From Malacoraja senta (lineage: Eukaryota): DNA of 64,000 nucleotides. The position numbers were made by a program, and so were the translations under genes. Positions 10,816-24,329 of the stretch are shown here, piece by piece; positions within the stretch are counted from its first letter, which is position 1; each line of letters starts with the position of its first letter. Under the pieces are notes generated by a model. The model was not told the origin of the DNA, made no database searches, and was given only the letters and a program-made list of their open reading frames with translations. Location: assembly GCA_038087875.1 (NCBI GenBank), contig CM075995.1, positions 9,364,001 to 9,428,000 on the forward strand. Reading direction: 5' to 3'.

Positions 10816-13457
10816 AGGCTATTTGATGGGTAGCATGCAGAGCATTTCACCATATCTCTGCACATGAGACAATAATAAAAATAAAGAATCATTGAATGCA
10901 AAGGTTCTCCTCATGATTATTGATATCTTTGCACATACTTCTGCACCACATCGCCATGCCCTGCCCTGTCGTGCTCTTCATTTGGGGATTTCTGGAAGAG
11001 AATAAACATGTGATCATATCTGCATGTTAATTCTCCCACTGAGTTTCCCAGAAGCATGGACGCGTGCACTCCACTAGTGTTGACAGTGCTGCCTGATCAA
11101 ATACTGTTCATGTCACAGTAGCAACATGAATTACTGTTGCTACTTCATGTAACACTAGCAATAATAACATTGCATTAACCTTTATGTTGCATGCAATGAC
11201 TGAATCCGAGTTTAGTTCAGTTTATTGCCATGTGCACCGAGGTACAGTGAAAAGCTTTTGTGTGCTAAGATTGTACAAGATTACAATTGAGCCGTCCACA
11301 GTGTACAGATACATGATAAAGGGAATAACGTTTAGTGCGAGGTAAAGTTCGATTAAAGACAATCTCAGAGTCTCCACTGAGGTAGATAGTAGCTCAGGAC
11401 CGCTCTCTAGTTGGTGATAGGATGGTTCAGTTGCCTGATAAGAGCCGGGAAGAAACTGTCCCTGAATCTGGTGGTGTGTGTTTTCACGCTTTTGTACCCC
11501 TTGCCTGATGGGAGAGGGGAGACGAGGGAGTGAGACTGCTCCTTGATTATGCTGCTGGCCTTGCCGAGACAGCGTGACGTGCACATGGAGTTGGCATGTG
11601 GAAGTGTCACGTATGATGGTGTATGTTTCCTTTTCCCCCTTAAGATGAGTATTGAGTAAGATGGTTGGCTCGGTGTAATTGTGCAAAGTTGCAGGGAAAT
11701 AAATATGTTGCAGTGATGGATGATACAGATAAAAGGGCTGTTCTCCGCACACGATAACTGGAGGTGAGGAGGCGTTTAAACAAGGCAGATTAGTTCAGTG
11801 CATTTCACTCACTCTGAATTTGGACCCTTCTGACGCTAGTCATCAGCTCATAAGTTCCTAAAGGAACGTCCTTTAATTCTGAGGCTGTGGCCTCTGGTCC
11901 TAGATTCTCCAACTAGTGGAAACATCCTTTCCACATCCACTCTATCCAGACCTCAAAATTGAAGATAGACACAAAAAGCTGGAGTAACTCAGCAGGACAG
12001 GCAGCATCTCTAGAGAGGGGTCTCGACTGAAGAAGGGTCTCGACCCGAAACGTCACCCCTTCCTTCTCTCCAGAAATCTTGCCTGTTCTGCCGAGTTACT
12101 CCAGCTTTTTGTGTCTTCGGTTTAAACCAGCATCTGCAGTTCCTCCCTGCACACCTCAAAATGGGAGGTTTAGTGAAGCGCGAGGCTTTTTGTGTGAGCG
12201 AGGGAGAAACACGATTTGAGGTGAACAGCACACCTAAGTTGAAAGAGAATTACTCAACAAAGCCTCCAAATCCTGTGTACACATCCACACTCTAATCAAA
12301 AACATGTTGGTGAAGTGTTTTTCTCTCCTCAGCTGAAGCTCATGAAATGTGATGTTTCCAGTAAGTTGCCTTTCATTAATTCCCCAATATCCTATTTGTG
12401 CAGTACCTTAGGACGATTCAAAGATACATCACCAATGAACTGCATTTGAATGTAATCACTGTTGTCACCTAAGAAATGTGACAGACAATCTCACATTGTG
12501 AGGCTGCCAGGAAAGCAAATGACTGCACGAACAGTTAATTTACAGTGTATGTTAGATTGCAATGAGAGCCACATCCAAATAAATATTGTGTATCATTTCC
12601 CAACATTTTGATGAAGCTTGGTGGAGATTTACTCAGCTGTGCACAATAAGCTTAACCTCTTTTATAATCTCTTGAAAAATGTGGAAAGTGAACTGATTAT
12701 AGGATGAATCACTAATAACAACATTGCTATGATCAATAGAGTGAGAAATACGTAAAGACCAATACTTTAATTCCATTACAAATGACAACGCATGATCTTT
12801 GTTATTAGCTTCCTTTAAACGATGCTACCAGCATTTGATTAAAAAAATATATAATGCCTAGCGCCAAGTGAATACAATTAGGTTTAGGTGCCACCTGTGC
12901 CGAGATACAGTGAAAGGTTTTGCTTTGCATGCTATCCAAACAGACCATACAGAAATACAATCAAGTCTAACTCAATAGATAGAGCAAAGGGGAAGAAACA
13001 GAGTGCTGAGGAAGGGTCTCGACCCAAAACGGCACCTATTCCATTTCTCCAGAGTATTCAAGAGAGAGTTAGATTTAGCTCTTAGGGCTATTGGAATCAA
13101 GGGATATGGGGAGAAAGCAGGAACGGGGTACTGATTTTGCATGATCAGCCATGATCATATTGAATGGCGGTGCTGGCTCGAAGGGCCGAATGGCCTACTT
13201 CTGCACCTTATTTTCTATGTTTCTATGCTGTTTCACCTGCTGAGTTACTCTAGCTTTTTGCATCTATGGTTTAAATCAGCATCTGCAGTTCCTTTCTACA
13301 TATGCAGAATATAGTTCTCAGTATTGTAATGCATCAGTTCCATAGACAAAGTCCAATGTCCACAATGGGGTAGAGGCGAACTGGACAGTCGCCTAGCTTA
13401 TGGAAAGCCTGATAACAAGGGAAGAAGCCGTTTCTGAATCTGGTAGTGCGTGTTCTT

Positions 13458-13790
13458 GTCTCCTGTTCACGAAGACTCACAGGTCTACTGTCTAAAAAGA
13501 CTCACTGGTGTCCTGTCCACAAAGATCTTGGCCTCCTGTCCACAAGGAGTCCCAGGTCCCCTGTCCATGAGGAATTCCAGGTCTTGTGTCTACAAAGACT
13601 CACTGGTCTCCTGTCAACAAAGACTCACTGATTTACTGTCTATGAAGATGCCCTGATCACTTGTCCATCAGGTCTCCCTGGTCTCATGACCTCATGGACA
13701 ACCTAGCCTCGTGTAACCATGGACTGACTCCCTGCTTCCACGTCCACCTGAACTCCTGGTATTATGTCTTCATGTAGAGTCCTCATTCAC
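13458..13790. repeat. Degenerate minisatellite, about 25-bp unit (tcctgtccacaaagactcactggtc-like)
   Basis: Recurrent gactcac and ctgtcca motifs at about 25-bp spacing. Confidence 0.7.
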
Positions 13791-13913
13791 CTTCGAGGCA
13801 AATCACAAGTTACTCTCAGCTATTTTAAAACTGAGATTATCTGTAGCAACCATAGCGCTTCCAGAATGCAGACTTGGCAATTTTATTGTCTCCATATGTC
13901 TACACCATTGTAA

Positions 13914-15254
13914 AGTGCACATTGTCATATTTTTATAATGGCCATTTTTATACATTTTGGTATCACCATGTAGAAATTACAGACGTGTTTATACATAGCC
14001 CCCCCCCATTTCAGGGCACCATAATAGACAATAGTCAATAGGTGCAGGCCATTCGACCCTTTGAACCAGCACTGCTATTCGATGTGATCATGGCTTGGCC
14101 ACTCAAGAATTGACCATTTTTTAGCTTTGAAAAACTCCGTTGTTGCTTTAGCCGTATGTTTGGGATCATTGTCTTGCTGTAGAATGAACCGCCAGCCAAT
14201 GAGTTTTGAGGCATTTGTTTGAACTTGAGCAGATAGGATGTGTCTATACACTTCACAATGCATTATACTACTACCATCAGCAGTTGTATCATCAATGAAG
14301 ATAAGTGAGCCACTACCTTCAGCAGCCATACATGCCCAGGCCATAACACCCCCACCACTGTGTTCCACAGATGAGGTGGTATGCTTTGGATCTTGGGCAG
14401 TTCCTTCTCTCCTCCATACTTTGCTCTTGCCATCACTCTGATACAAGTTAATCTTTGTCTCATCTGTCCACAAGACCTTTTTCCAGAACTGTGGTTGCTC
14501 TTTTAAGTACTTCTTGGCAAACTGTAACCTGGCCATCCTATTTTTGCGGCTAACCAGTGGTTTGCATCTTGCAGTGTAGCCTCTGTATTTCTGTTCATGA
14601 AGTCTTCTGCGGACAGTGGTCATTGACAAATCCACACCTGACTCCTGAAGAGTGTTTCTGATCTGTCGGACAGGTGTTTGGGGATTTTTCTTTATTATAG
14701 AGAGAATTCTTCTGTCATCAGCTGTGGAGGTCTTCCTTGGCCTGCCAGTCCCTTTACAATTAGTAAGCTCACCAGTGCTCTCTTTCTTCTTAATGATGTT
14801 CCAAACAGTTGATTTTGATAAGCCTAAGGTTTGGCTGATGTCTCTAACCATTTTATTCTTGTTTGACTTTCATTGGCACAACTTTGGTCCTCATGTTGAT
14901 AAACAGCAATAAAAGTTTCCAACGGTGATGGAAAGACTGGAGGAAAGACTAGGTGCTGAGAGCTCTCTTATACCTGCATTAAGGAGGCAATTAAACACAC
15001 CTGAGCAATTACAAACACCTGTGAAGCCATGTGTCCCAAACATTATGGTGCCCAGAAATGGGGGGGACTATGTATAACCACAGCTGTAATTTCTACATGG
15101 TGAAACCAAAATGTATAAAAATGGCCTTTATTAAAATCTGACAATGTGCACTTTAACCACATGTGATTGTTTCTATTACAAATCTCAAATTGTAGAGTAC
15201 AGAGGCAAATAAATAAATGATGGGTCTTTGTCCCAAACATTATGGAGGGCACTG
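13914..15254 (-). mobile_element. Tc1-family DNA transposon (IR/DR type), internally deleted
   Basis: ORF 14075-14851: HTH with GRPRK, WKKVLWTDE, QQDNDPKH, truncated at WPS. The about 210-bp TIR at 15042-15254 has an internal direct repeat (tgtcccaaacattatgg). A partial inverted copy lies at 13914-14025. Confidence 0.92.
14075..14894 (-). pseudogene. Tc1 transposase pseudogene
   Basis: ATG at 14894 (MRTKVVPMKVK) reaches a stop and is out of frame with the 258-aa ORF. The third catalytic residue (E) region is replaced by CR1 tail sequence. Confidence 0.85.
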
Positions 15255-17015
15255 TGAGCCTTGAATAGAACGTCAAGGCAGATGTGTTCTCGCTGTTTCC
15301 ATGCAAAGGATCAAACAGACGTTGTCTACAGTGACAAAGGTTTTCCAGTTATATTACACTTGCAGCACAAGAAGACAGAATTTAAGAAATGATATGAACA
15401 CACGGTGTGAGGATGGATGACAAGTGATCATTGCTGTCAGCCAGCATTGCAGACATTTCTCAACAAGCAATTTCAGCTTTCAACACATCAACGTCACAAG
15501 ACATGGGGCTATCAGGCCCTGGTCCCCACAGAATCACCATCACTCTGGAACTGAAGAGTCTGAAGAAGGGTCTCGAACCGAAACGTCACCCATTCCTTCT
15601 CTCCAGAGATGCTGCCTGTCCCGCTGAGTTACTCCAGCTTTTTGCGTCTAAGGTTTAGACCAGTATCTGCAGTTCCTTCTTACATACTCTACAACTGTGA
15701 ACTTGAGGCCATAGCCAGTGGTTTTGTGTGCTGGCCTTACACCGATTACCAGTTGTACGAATTAGCAGTACGAATTAGCAGCTGAGCGCACATTATGCCT
15801 GAAGAAGGGTCTCGACCCGAAATGTCGCCAATTCCTTCTCTCCATAGATGCTGCCTCACCCGCTGAGTTACTCCAGCATTTTGTGTTTACCTGCAATTAG
15901 CCCTGGATGATGGGGGACCTCATTAAAACCAACATAACAGTGAAAGGCTTGGATAGAGTGGATACGGAGAGGATGTTTCCACTAGTGGGAGAGTCTAGGA
16001 CTAGAGGTCATAGCCTCAGAATTGAAGGATGTTTTTTTAGGAAGGAGATGAGGAGCGATTTCTTTAGTCAGAGGATGGTGAATCTATGGAATTCTTTGCC
16101 ACAGACGGCTGTGGAGGCAGTCAGTGGATATTTTTAAGGCAGAGATGGATAGATTCTTGATTAGTACAGATGTCAGAAGTTATGGGATAAGGCAGGAGAA
16201 TGGGGTTAGGAGAGAGAGATAGATCAGCCATGATTCAAAGGTCTTTTATTGTAACAAGTACCAATTAAGGTACAGTGATGTGCGAATTACCATACAGCCA
16301 TACGGAATATAAAGCAACAAGACACACAACTACATAAAAGTTAACATGGCTGCCTTGTCAACAGCCTGTCTGTCCCTTCCTTTTATGTGTCTGTTATGTA
16401 TGTATTAAATGTATGTTTGTTAGTGTTCTTTAGCTTGTTTTAGGGGGGGGGGGAGGTGTTGGGGGAAACGTTTTCTAATCTCTTACCTCGACGGAGATGC
16501 GATTGTTTTCCCTATCGTATCTCCGTCCGCACTGTGGCCTAACATCGTGGAGTTGGCGGCCATTGGTGGAGATCGACCGGGAGCCTGCGGGACTTACCAT
16601 CACGGAGCTCGCGATCCCTATCGGGGGGGACGTCTATGGGGCTCCAACCGTGGGAGCCTGCGAGAGTCTTTAACATCGCGGAGCCCGCAGTCTCTGGTAG
16701 TGACCGACCGTTCAACTCGTCTGCCATTTCCTTGTTCCCCATTATAAATTCACCTGTTTCTGTCTTCAATGGACCCACATTTGCCTTAACTAATTTTTTC
16801 CTCTTCACATAACTAAAGAAGCTTTTACTATCCTCCTTTATATTCTTGGCCAGCTTACCTCCGTAAGTTGACGTCACTCCCACTTCTCCCTTTTCCATCA
16901 GACAAGAAGTACTAACGTTTGAAAAAGCATACCTCCAGATTCAGGGACAGTTACTTCCCAGCTGTTATTAGGCAACTGAACGTCCCCTCACCGGCTAGAG
17001 TGCGGTCCTGATCTC

Positions 17016-17411
17016 CCAATTGGAAGAACAGCATCTCATATTTGGCTTGGGCAGCTTACAGCCCAGTGATATGATATTGTTTTCTCTAACTTCAAGTAAC
17101 CACAGCATTGCCTCTCTCTCTATCCCGTCACCAGCCAAATAGCACCAGCTTCTCGTTTTCACCCAACAAACAGCTAACAATGGCCTGTTTCCTTTATCAT
17201 CGTAACTTTTTTGCATATCTTCCATTCATTGTTCTTTATCTCTCTACATCATCGTCTATATCTCTCGTTTCCCTTTCCCCAGACTGGTCTGAAGAAGGGT
17301 CTCGACCCGAAACGTCACCCATTCCTTCTCTCCAGAGATGCTGCCTGTCCCGCTGAGTTACTCCAGCTTTTTGGGTCTCGCTTCAGTTTAAACCAGCATC
17401 TGCAGTTCCTT
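17016..17411 (+). mobile_element. Penelope-like element 3' fragment with terminal repeat (hammerhead-like core at 17289-17316)
   Basis: LEEQHLIFGLGSLQPS endonuclease C-terminus followed by ctgaagaagggtctcgacccgaaacgtc. Confidence 0.75.
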
Positions 17412-18805
17412 CCTCCATCTCCCATCTACTACATTGGAGACCTTTGAACTATCTTTGATCAGACTTTATTCTTCACTAAATGTTTTACCCTTTATCCTAC
17501 ATCTGTAAACTGTGGGCGGCTTGAATGTAATACTGTGTAGTCTTTTCTTTGACAGGAAAGCGCACATTCCACTCTACACGACAATCATGAACAAAACCAA
17601 ATAATTAGAGAGAGGGAGCAGCAGAGATGAAGATAGAACAAGAACCAGAGAGGGTGAGGAGGCTGGGAGCACAGGCGATGGTGAGGAAGGGGAGATAGAG
17701 TGAGGAGAGAGAGAGCACCAACCGCTGAGAGCCAAGAGGGAACTGGCTGAGGAGAAAATAGCTGTGAGAAGCAGTGAGGCCTGAGAGGAATGGCGGACGT
17801 GTGTGGGTGAGAGAGCTGTGTTTCAGACAAAGGGGGTTGAAAGTGTTGGAAATCCCCATCATCTGCAATGAGAAAAATATTCTTTTATTGAAACGGAACA
17901 TCTTGATATACAGCAAGTAGCCGTCAGAAATCTTCTGGTCTAGGCCGCCAAATTACTCTGCAGCATTCTCCGTAGTGAATTGGATGCTGAACAAAATGTG
18001 GTTGCCCTCTGTCTGTCTGTGTTGATGAAATGTCAGGGAGCTGAGCTGGAAATCTAGGAAGTTCCCTTTCAGCCAGTATTCTGAATGAAGCATGCTTTGT
18101 TGGTCATCTCAAGCTGAGAACAAAGGACGTCTTTGGGCTTCGTTGCGCGGCTGTGTACGGCTCCAGCTGGTGAGTGTGTCCAGTTGTACGTAGTGGACCC
18201 AGGGCAAGCTCAGTGACAGATTCCAACGCATCTCTCTCCCCGCTCCTTTGCTGTATCTCCGGCGGCGGAGCTCGGATGTGTTGGGACGCTCTGGATTATG
18301 CTGGAAATCCGCCTCTCTGGTCCAGTGCCAACCCAGACCTGGCGTACGACTAGAATCTGAGCAGGGGTTCCTGACCCGGAGGGGAAGAAGGAAAAGGTAC
18401 GTTTGGGATGTGCAAGAAAGAACTGCAGATGCTGGATAAAATTGAAGGTAGTGTGTGGAATTGTCTGCCTCAGAGGGCGGTGGAGGCAGGTTCTCTGGAT
18501 ACTTTCAAGAGAGAGCTAGATAGGGCTCTTAAAGATAGCGGAATCAGGGGATATGGGGAGAAGGCAGGAACGGGGTACTGATTGGGGATGATCAGCCATG
18601 ATCACATTGAATGGCGGTGCTGGCTTGAAGGGCCGAATGGCCTACTCCTGCACCTATTGTCTATTGTCTATTGACACAAAAAGCTGGAGTAACTCAGCGG
18701 GAGAGGCAGCATCTAGAAACATTCATTCCCTACGCACTGGAACAGAGTTTGAGTTGAGTTGCTTGTCACATACACTGTGGTACACTGGCTGCTGTATGAT
18801 CCATA

Positions 18806-19276
18806 TACATAGAAACAGAAAATAGGTTCAGGAGTAGGCCATTCGGCCCTTCGAGCCTGCACCGCCATTCAATATGATCATGGCTGATCATCCAACTCAG
18901 TATCCTGTACCTGCCTTCTCTCCATACCCCCTGATCCCTTATAGCCACAAGGGCCACATCTAACTCCCTCTTAAATATAGCCAATGAACTGGCCTCAACT
19001 ACCTTCTGTGGCAGAGAATTCCAGAGATTCACCACTCTGTGTAAAAAATGTTTTTCTCATCTCGGTCCTAAAAGATTTCCCCCTCATCCTTAAACTGTGA
19101 CTCCTTGTTCTGGACTTCCCCAACATCGGGAACAATCTTCCTGCATCTAGCCTGTCCAACCCCTTAAGAATTTTGTACGTTTCTATAAGGTCCCCCCTCA
19201 ATCTTCTAAATTCTAGCGAGTACAAGCCGAGTCTATCCAGTCTTTCTTCATATGAAAGTCCTGCCATCCCAGGAAT
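18806..19276 (-). mobile_element. CR1-clade LINE 3' fragment
   Basis: ORFs IPGMAGLSYEERLDRLGLYSLEFRRLRGDLIETYK and VNLWNSLPQKVVEA. Confidence 0.85.
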
Positions 19277-20134
19277 CCGTGCGGACATTGTGGTCCGAAG
19301 GGCCTGTTGCTGTGCAGTACTCCTTTATGTTCTATCTGCAAAATTCACGGCATCCCTCCAAACTCATGACTCAAACCAGGAAGATATTCGAGGGAAGCAG
19401 GTGTGGCGGGTCATCACTATCTGTAGGTTCACCTCCAAGTCACACTCCATCCTGATTCCCGAGCTGCCGCGGTACCGGGAACCTGCCCAGACAACCAGAA
19501 GGCTCATGTCATAAGGTCTAGGAGCAGAATAAGGCATTCGGACCGTCAAGTCTACTTCCCCATTCAATCATGGCTGATCTATTTCTCCCTCCTAAACCCA
19601 TTCTCCTGCCTTCTCCCCATAACCCCTGACACCCGTACTAATCAACAATCTATCTATCTCTGCCTTAAAAATATCCACTGACGTCCTCCACAGCCCTCTG
19701 TGGCAATGAATTCCACAGATTCACCACCCTCTGACTATAGAAATTCCTCTTCACCCTGCTAAAGGAACGTCCTTTAATTCTGAGGCTATGTGACCTCTGG
19801 TCCTAGACTCTCCCACTAGTGGAAACATCCTCTCCACATCCACTCTATCCAGGCCTTTCGCTATTCTGTAAGTTTCAATGAGGTGCCTCCTCATCCTTCA
19901 AACTCAAGTCAGTACAGGCCCAGTGCCGACAAACGGCCAGTGCGGACCGCTGTACCGGGAACTCGCTCAGAGGACCAGAAGGCTCGGCGGACTGTGGTAA
20001 CGGGACTTCAGGCTTGGCCAACCGTGACCTGTGGAGGGAGGCCTCCTGACCCGGACCCTGCTCGTCCTTCAAAGACCAAAGAACCGAGGAGGAGGCAGCT
20101 GCTGGAGACGTTGGACACGAGGAGCAAGGGACGG

Positions 20135-21045
20135 TAGTTTAGTTCATAGATACAGCGCAGAAACAGGCCCTTCGGCCCACCCAGTCTGCTGACCAGCAAT
20201 CCCCGCACATTAACACTATCCCACACATACAAGGGACAATTTTTACATCGACCAAGCCAATTTACCTACAAACCTGCACGTCTTTGGAGTGTTGGGAGGA
20301 AACCGAAGATATCAGAGAAAAACCACGTAGGTCACGCGGAGAACATACACACTCCTGAGAGATAGCACCCGTAGTCGGGATCGAACCTGGGTCTCCGGCG
20401 CTTAAAAAGTCTATTATAAGGTTTAGTTTAGAGATACAGCGCGGAAACAGGCCCTTCGGCCCACCGAATCTGCACCGACCAGCGATCCCCGCACACTAAC
20501 ACTATCCTACGCACACTAGGGACAATATACATTTATACCAAGTCAAATAACCTACAAACCTGTACGTCCTTGGTGTGTTTGAGGAAACCGAAGATCTCGG
20601 AGAAAACCCATGCAGGTGACGGGGAGAAGGCACAAAGTCCGTACGGACCACTGGTAGTCAGGATGGGAGCCGGGTCTCAGCCGCTGCAAGGCAGTAGTGC
20701 TACTGCTGCGCCCCTGTAGTCATACAATGCAGAAACATGTACTTTGGTCAAACTCCTCCATACCCACCAAGGATGACACATGCACAGCGGGTAGAGTTGC
20801 TGCCTCACAGCGCCAGAGACCCGGGCTCAATCCTGACTACTAGTCTGTACCTTCTCCCCATGACCGCGTGGGTTTTCTCCGGGTGCTCCGGTTTCCTCCC
20901 ACACTCCAAAGACGTGCAGGTTTGTAGGTTAATTGGCTTTGGTAAAATTGTAGATTGTCCCTAGCGTGTAGGATAGTGTTGGTCAGCGGTGACTCAGTGG
21001 GCCGAAGGGCCTGTTTTTGCGCTGTATCTCTAAAACTAAACTAAA
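20135..21045. mobile_element. Cluster of three V-SINEs (20135-20400 on -, 20420-20715 on -, 20780-21045 on +)
   Basis: Repeated tRNA head, V-domain and (CTAAA)n tail pattern. Confidence 0.75.
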
Positions 21046-21550
21046 TGAGGCAGGCTGCTAATCCAGAGAACGTGCTTACATGGGAAAGTTTCTGCTGTCC
21101 TTTAGTGCGGTATCGCAACTTCCCTTCTCAGCAGCTGCGTCTCTAAAATCGAACCTGTGAATATTTATTCCATTTAAGAGAGCGGTTACAAAGTTGGACG
21201 AAGGTGAGGTGCCACCCTGGCCTTGCCTTGTTTCAGGTCAGGGTGTTCTGAACAACGGGTGGGGCTTTAGCAGTGTTGCTGCCGACTCACCACTCGGGGC
21301 TTGTTACACAGCTGCGTTTTCAGCTGGGCTAGCCTAATCAGACTCAGACATCTTCACCAAGTAGTACGTTTAGTTCGGTCGGAAGAAGGGTCTCGACCGG
21401 AACGTCACCTAGTAGTCTGAAGAAGGGTCTTGACCCAAAACGTCACCCACTCCTTCTAGCCAGAGATGCTGCCTGTCCCGCTGAGTTACTACAGCATTTT
21501 GTGTCTATCTTCAGTGTAAACCAGCATCTGCAGTTCCTCCTACACAGTAC

Positions 21551-21842
21551 GTTTAGTTTAGCTTAGAGATACATTGCGGAAACAGGCCCTTCGGCCCACC
21601 GAGTCTGCGGCGACCAGCGATCCCAGCTCACTAATGCTATTCTACACACACTGAGGACAGTTTACAATGAACCTACAAATCTGCACGAGTGTGGGAGGAT
21701 GCCGGAGCACCCAGGGAAACCCCACGCAGGTCACGGGGAGAAGGTACAAACTCCGTACAGACAGCACCCATGGTCATCAGGATGGAACCCGGGTCTCTGG
21801 CGCTGTGAGGCAGCAACTCTACCGCTGCACCACCGTGCCGCC
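21551..21842 (-). mobile_element. Near full-length V-SINE
   Basis: Head gggcggcacggtggtgcagcggtagag on the minus strand, V-domain and tail. Confidence 0.8.
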
Positions 21843-24329
21843 CACTCTATGTCAGTGGCGAGTCCAGGCAGCTGGCTGAATCGAGCCCGATTCACCCCAT
21901 TTAGCCCGGGGGAGATAAAAGGAAGCTGCTCACATCTCGTCAAGAGCAGTTTCTTGTTAAAGTAGAAAATAAAAGTGCAAGCGGCTTTGAATGCTTCAAT
22001 GCGGCAGGGTCTCTGGGGGTCCCTCCAATCAGCTACTGGAAACCCTGAAGTGTAGATGTCTACAACCTTTACACAGTTGTCTCATTCTGGGCACTGCTTT
22101 CATTAGCAACAGCATGTTAACTGACTATTTATTCTTTCGTTAAGAACACTGTACCCCGAGTAAGATAATATAAACAACAAAGCTAATATATTGTATCTGA
22201 AGAAGGGTCTCGACCTGAAATGTCACCTATTCCTTTTCTCCTGAGATGCTACCTGTCCCACTGATTTACTCCAGCTTTTTGTCTGTCTGTCTGTCTGTCT
22301 TTGGTTTAAACCAGCTTCTGCAGTTCCTTCCTACACTAATATATCGTACGATCACCAAGCAATGCAATTTGCTAAATATTCCATCTCCCAAAAAAACCCA
22401 TTGAAAGATCAGTCGTTTTTCTGCTGTGGATTTTCCTCGCAAATCCCACAGTGTTGCATTAGACAGTCGCTGACATCCCAGACTAGCTCATAGGTTTATG
22501 AAAGAGAGAGGAGGAAATGCTGTAAAAAAGCGTGGGTTTGAGGACGTTTTGGAGAGGCTGCTGAGAGAATTGTTCCAAACAAAATCAAATGCTCGGTCAA
22601 GCCAGTATCTGGGCTCGCGGTGAATCAGGCACTAAAGAGGTACGGACTCTAACAATTTGCTATCCAAGCCAAATGACTGGTTTACAGATCAAAATTCTAT
22701 GTATTTAATAGTGAGTATATCGTATATCTACCTTAATTATTGCAGTTTGTCATGATGCCACTGCTGATGGGGTTGAGGGTGAACATATGTTCACTTTAAT
22801 TGTAATACAGCACATTTCCTTCTGGGGAATATGTTTTCTAATGTATATTATTATTGTGGACATATTCCTTTCAATGTAAATCTGATTACAATCTAAGAAC
22901 GTTAAATTTAAAGGCATCTAATCCCCCCCACCTCTCAATTGATTGAAAGTGTACATTCTTGTTCTTAATGCTATGGATGCTGTGTGGTTGCCCTGAGCTA
23001 TTTTTATAAAATCGCAGCTTTAAATCCTGCTCCCTCTGCATATGCTGCTAGTGTTTAGAATATTCAATGCATATTCTTTAGATTCTTTAGATAAATATAA
23101 AATAATCTTCCTCAGTAATGTTGTCAAGCAATATATTGTAGTTCAAATTTTGGCAAAGAGCGGAGGTGGCGTTAATAAAAAATAATTTAGCTTTGTTTTC
23201 CAACAAGCAGATATAATAACTCTTTATAAAGAATACTTTTGTTGGAATAAAAATTAGCTGTGGCATAAAATGATTAGAATTATAGGACGTTCCTTTAGGA
23301 AGGTGAGGAGGAATTTGTTTAGAGGGCGGTGAATCTGTGGAATTCTTTGGCACAGGAGGCTGCGGAGGCCAAGTCAATGGATACAGTATGTATTAAGGCA
23401 CCAATAGATTAATACGGGTGTCAGGGGTTAGGGGGAGAAGGCAGGAGAATGGGGTTAGGAGGGTGAGATAGATCAGCCATGATTGAATGACGGAAGTATT
23501 GATGGGCCGACTGGCTTAATTCTGTTCCTATCACATCACTTATGAACTAATTCTGTCAAATTTCTGAAATAAAAAAGGAAGTTAAGAAAGCTGCAGCCAG
23601 CAGCAAACACGAGAACACATTGCTGAGACCGACTTTGTTTCCTGTGGTAATCATTATTAAGATTTAGTTTCTTGTACAAGACTCCACTGTCGTTTTAAAT
23701 AAGCAAGGGCACGTAAACAGATGCATAGGAACAATGTTTTCAATGCATGCTTCTGGTGAAAATCTGCTCTCGCTCCTCCAAAGGCAAGCCCCCAATACTT
23801 TGCGTCTGTTGATTTCCTAATGAGCAACCCAGTGGGTGAGGCTCATCGCAAACAACATTTCATGAGGCTGGTTCTCAATAACGTTTATATAAAATGAAGC
23901 CTATATCTGTACTGGTACATTTCAACAGCTGTACAAATATTTGCATCTGTCTGGCATTCTCCGGAGGAAATAAAGCAACGGTATAGTTTCAGTTGTGTGC
24001 TGATCAACGGTTTCATTATCTGGAGTGAGATGTGGGTGTACAAGAACACAAGGTGAATGCACAGAGTCTTTTACCCCGAGTAGGGGAATCGAGGACCAAG
24101 GACATACAAGATTTACGAGGATGTTGCCAGAACTTGGGGACTGAGATACAAGGAGAGGTTGGGCAGCTTGGACGATATTCCTTGGAGCGCAGGAAGGAGG
24201 CTGATAAAAGAGGTGATCTTATCAAGGTGTACAAAATCATCAGGGGAATAGGTAAGAGTGAATGCACCCAGAGCAGGGCAATGGAGAACCAGAGGACATA
24301 GGTTTAAGGTGAGGTGGGGGGAGGGGGGG

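Noticed and set aside
22380..23260. Repeat-poor stretches (also about 4560-5220 and 12240-12870) as possible conserved enhancers
   Set aside because: Conservation cannot be shown without a cross-species alignment.
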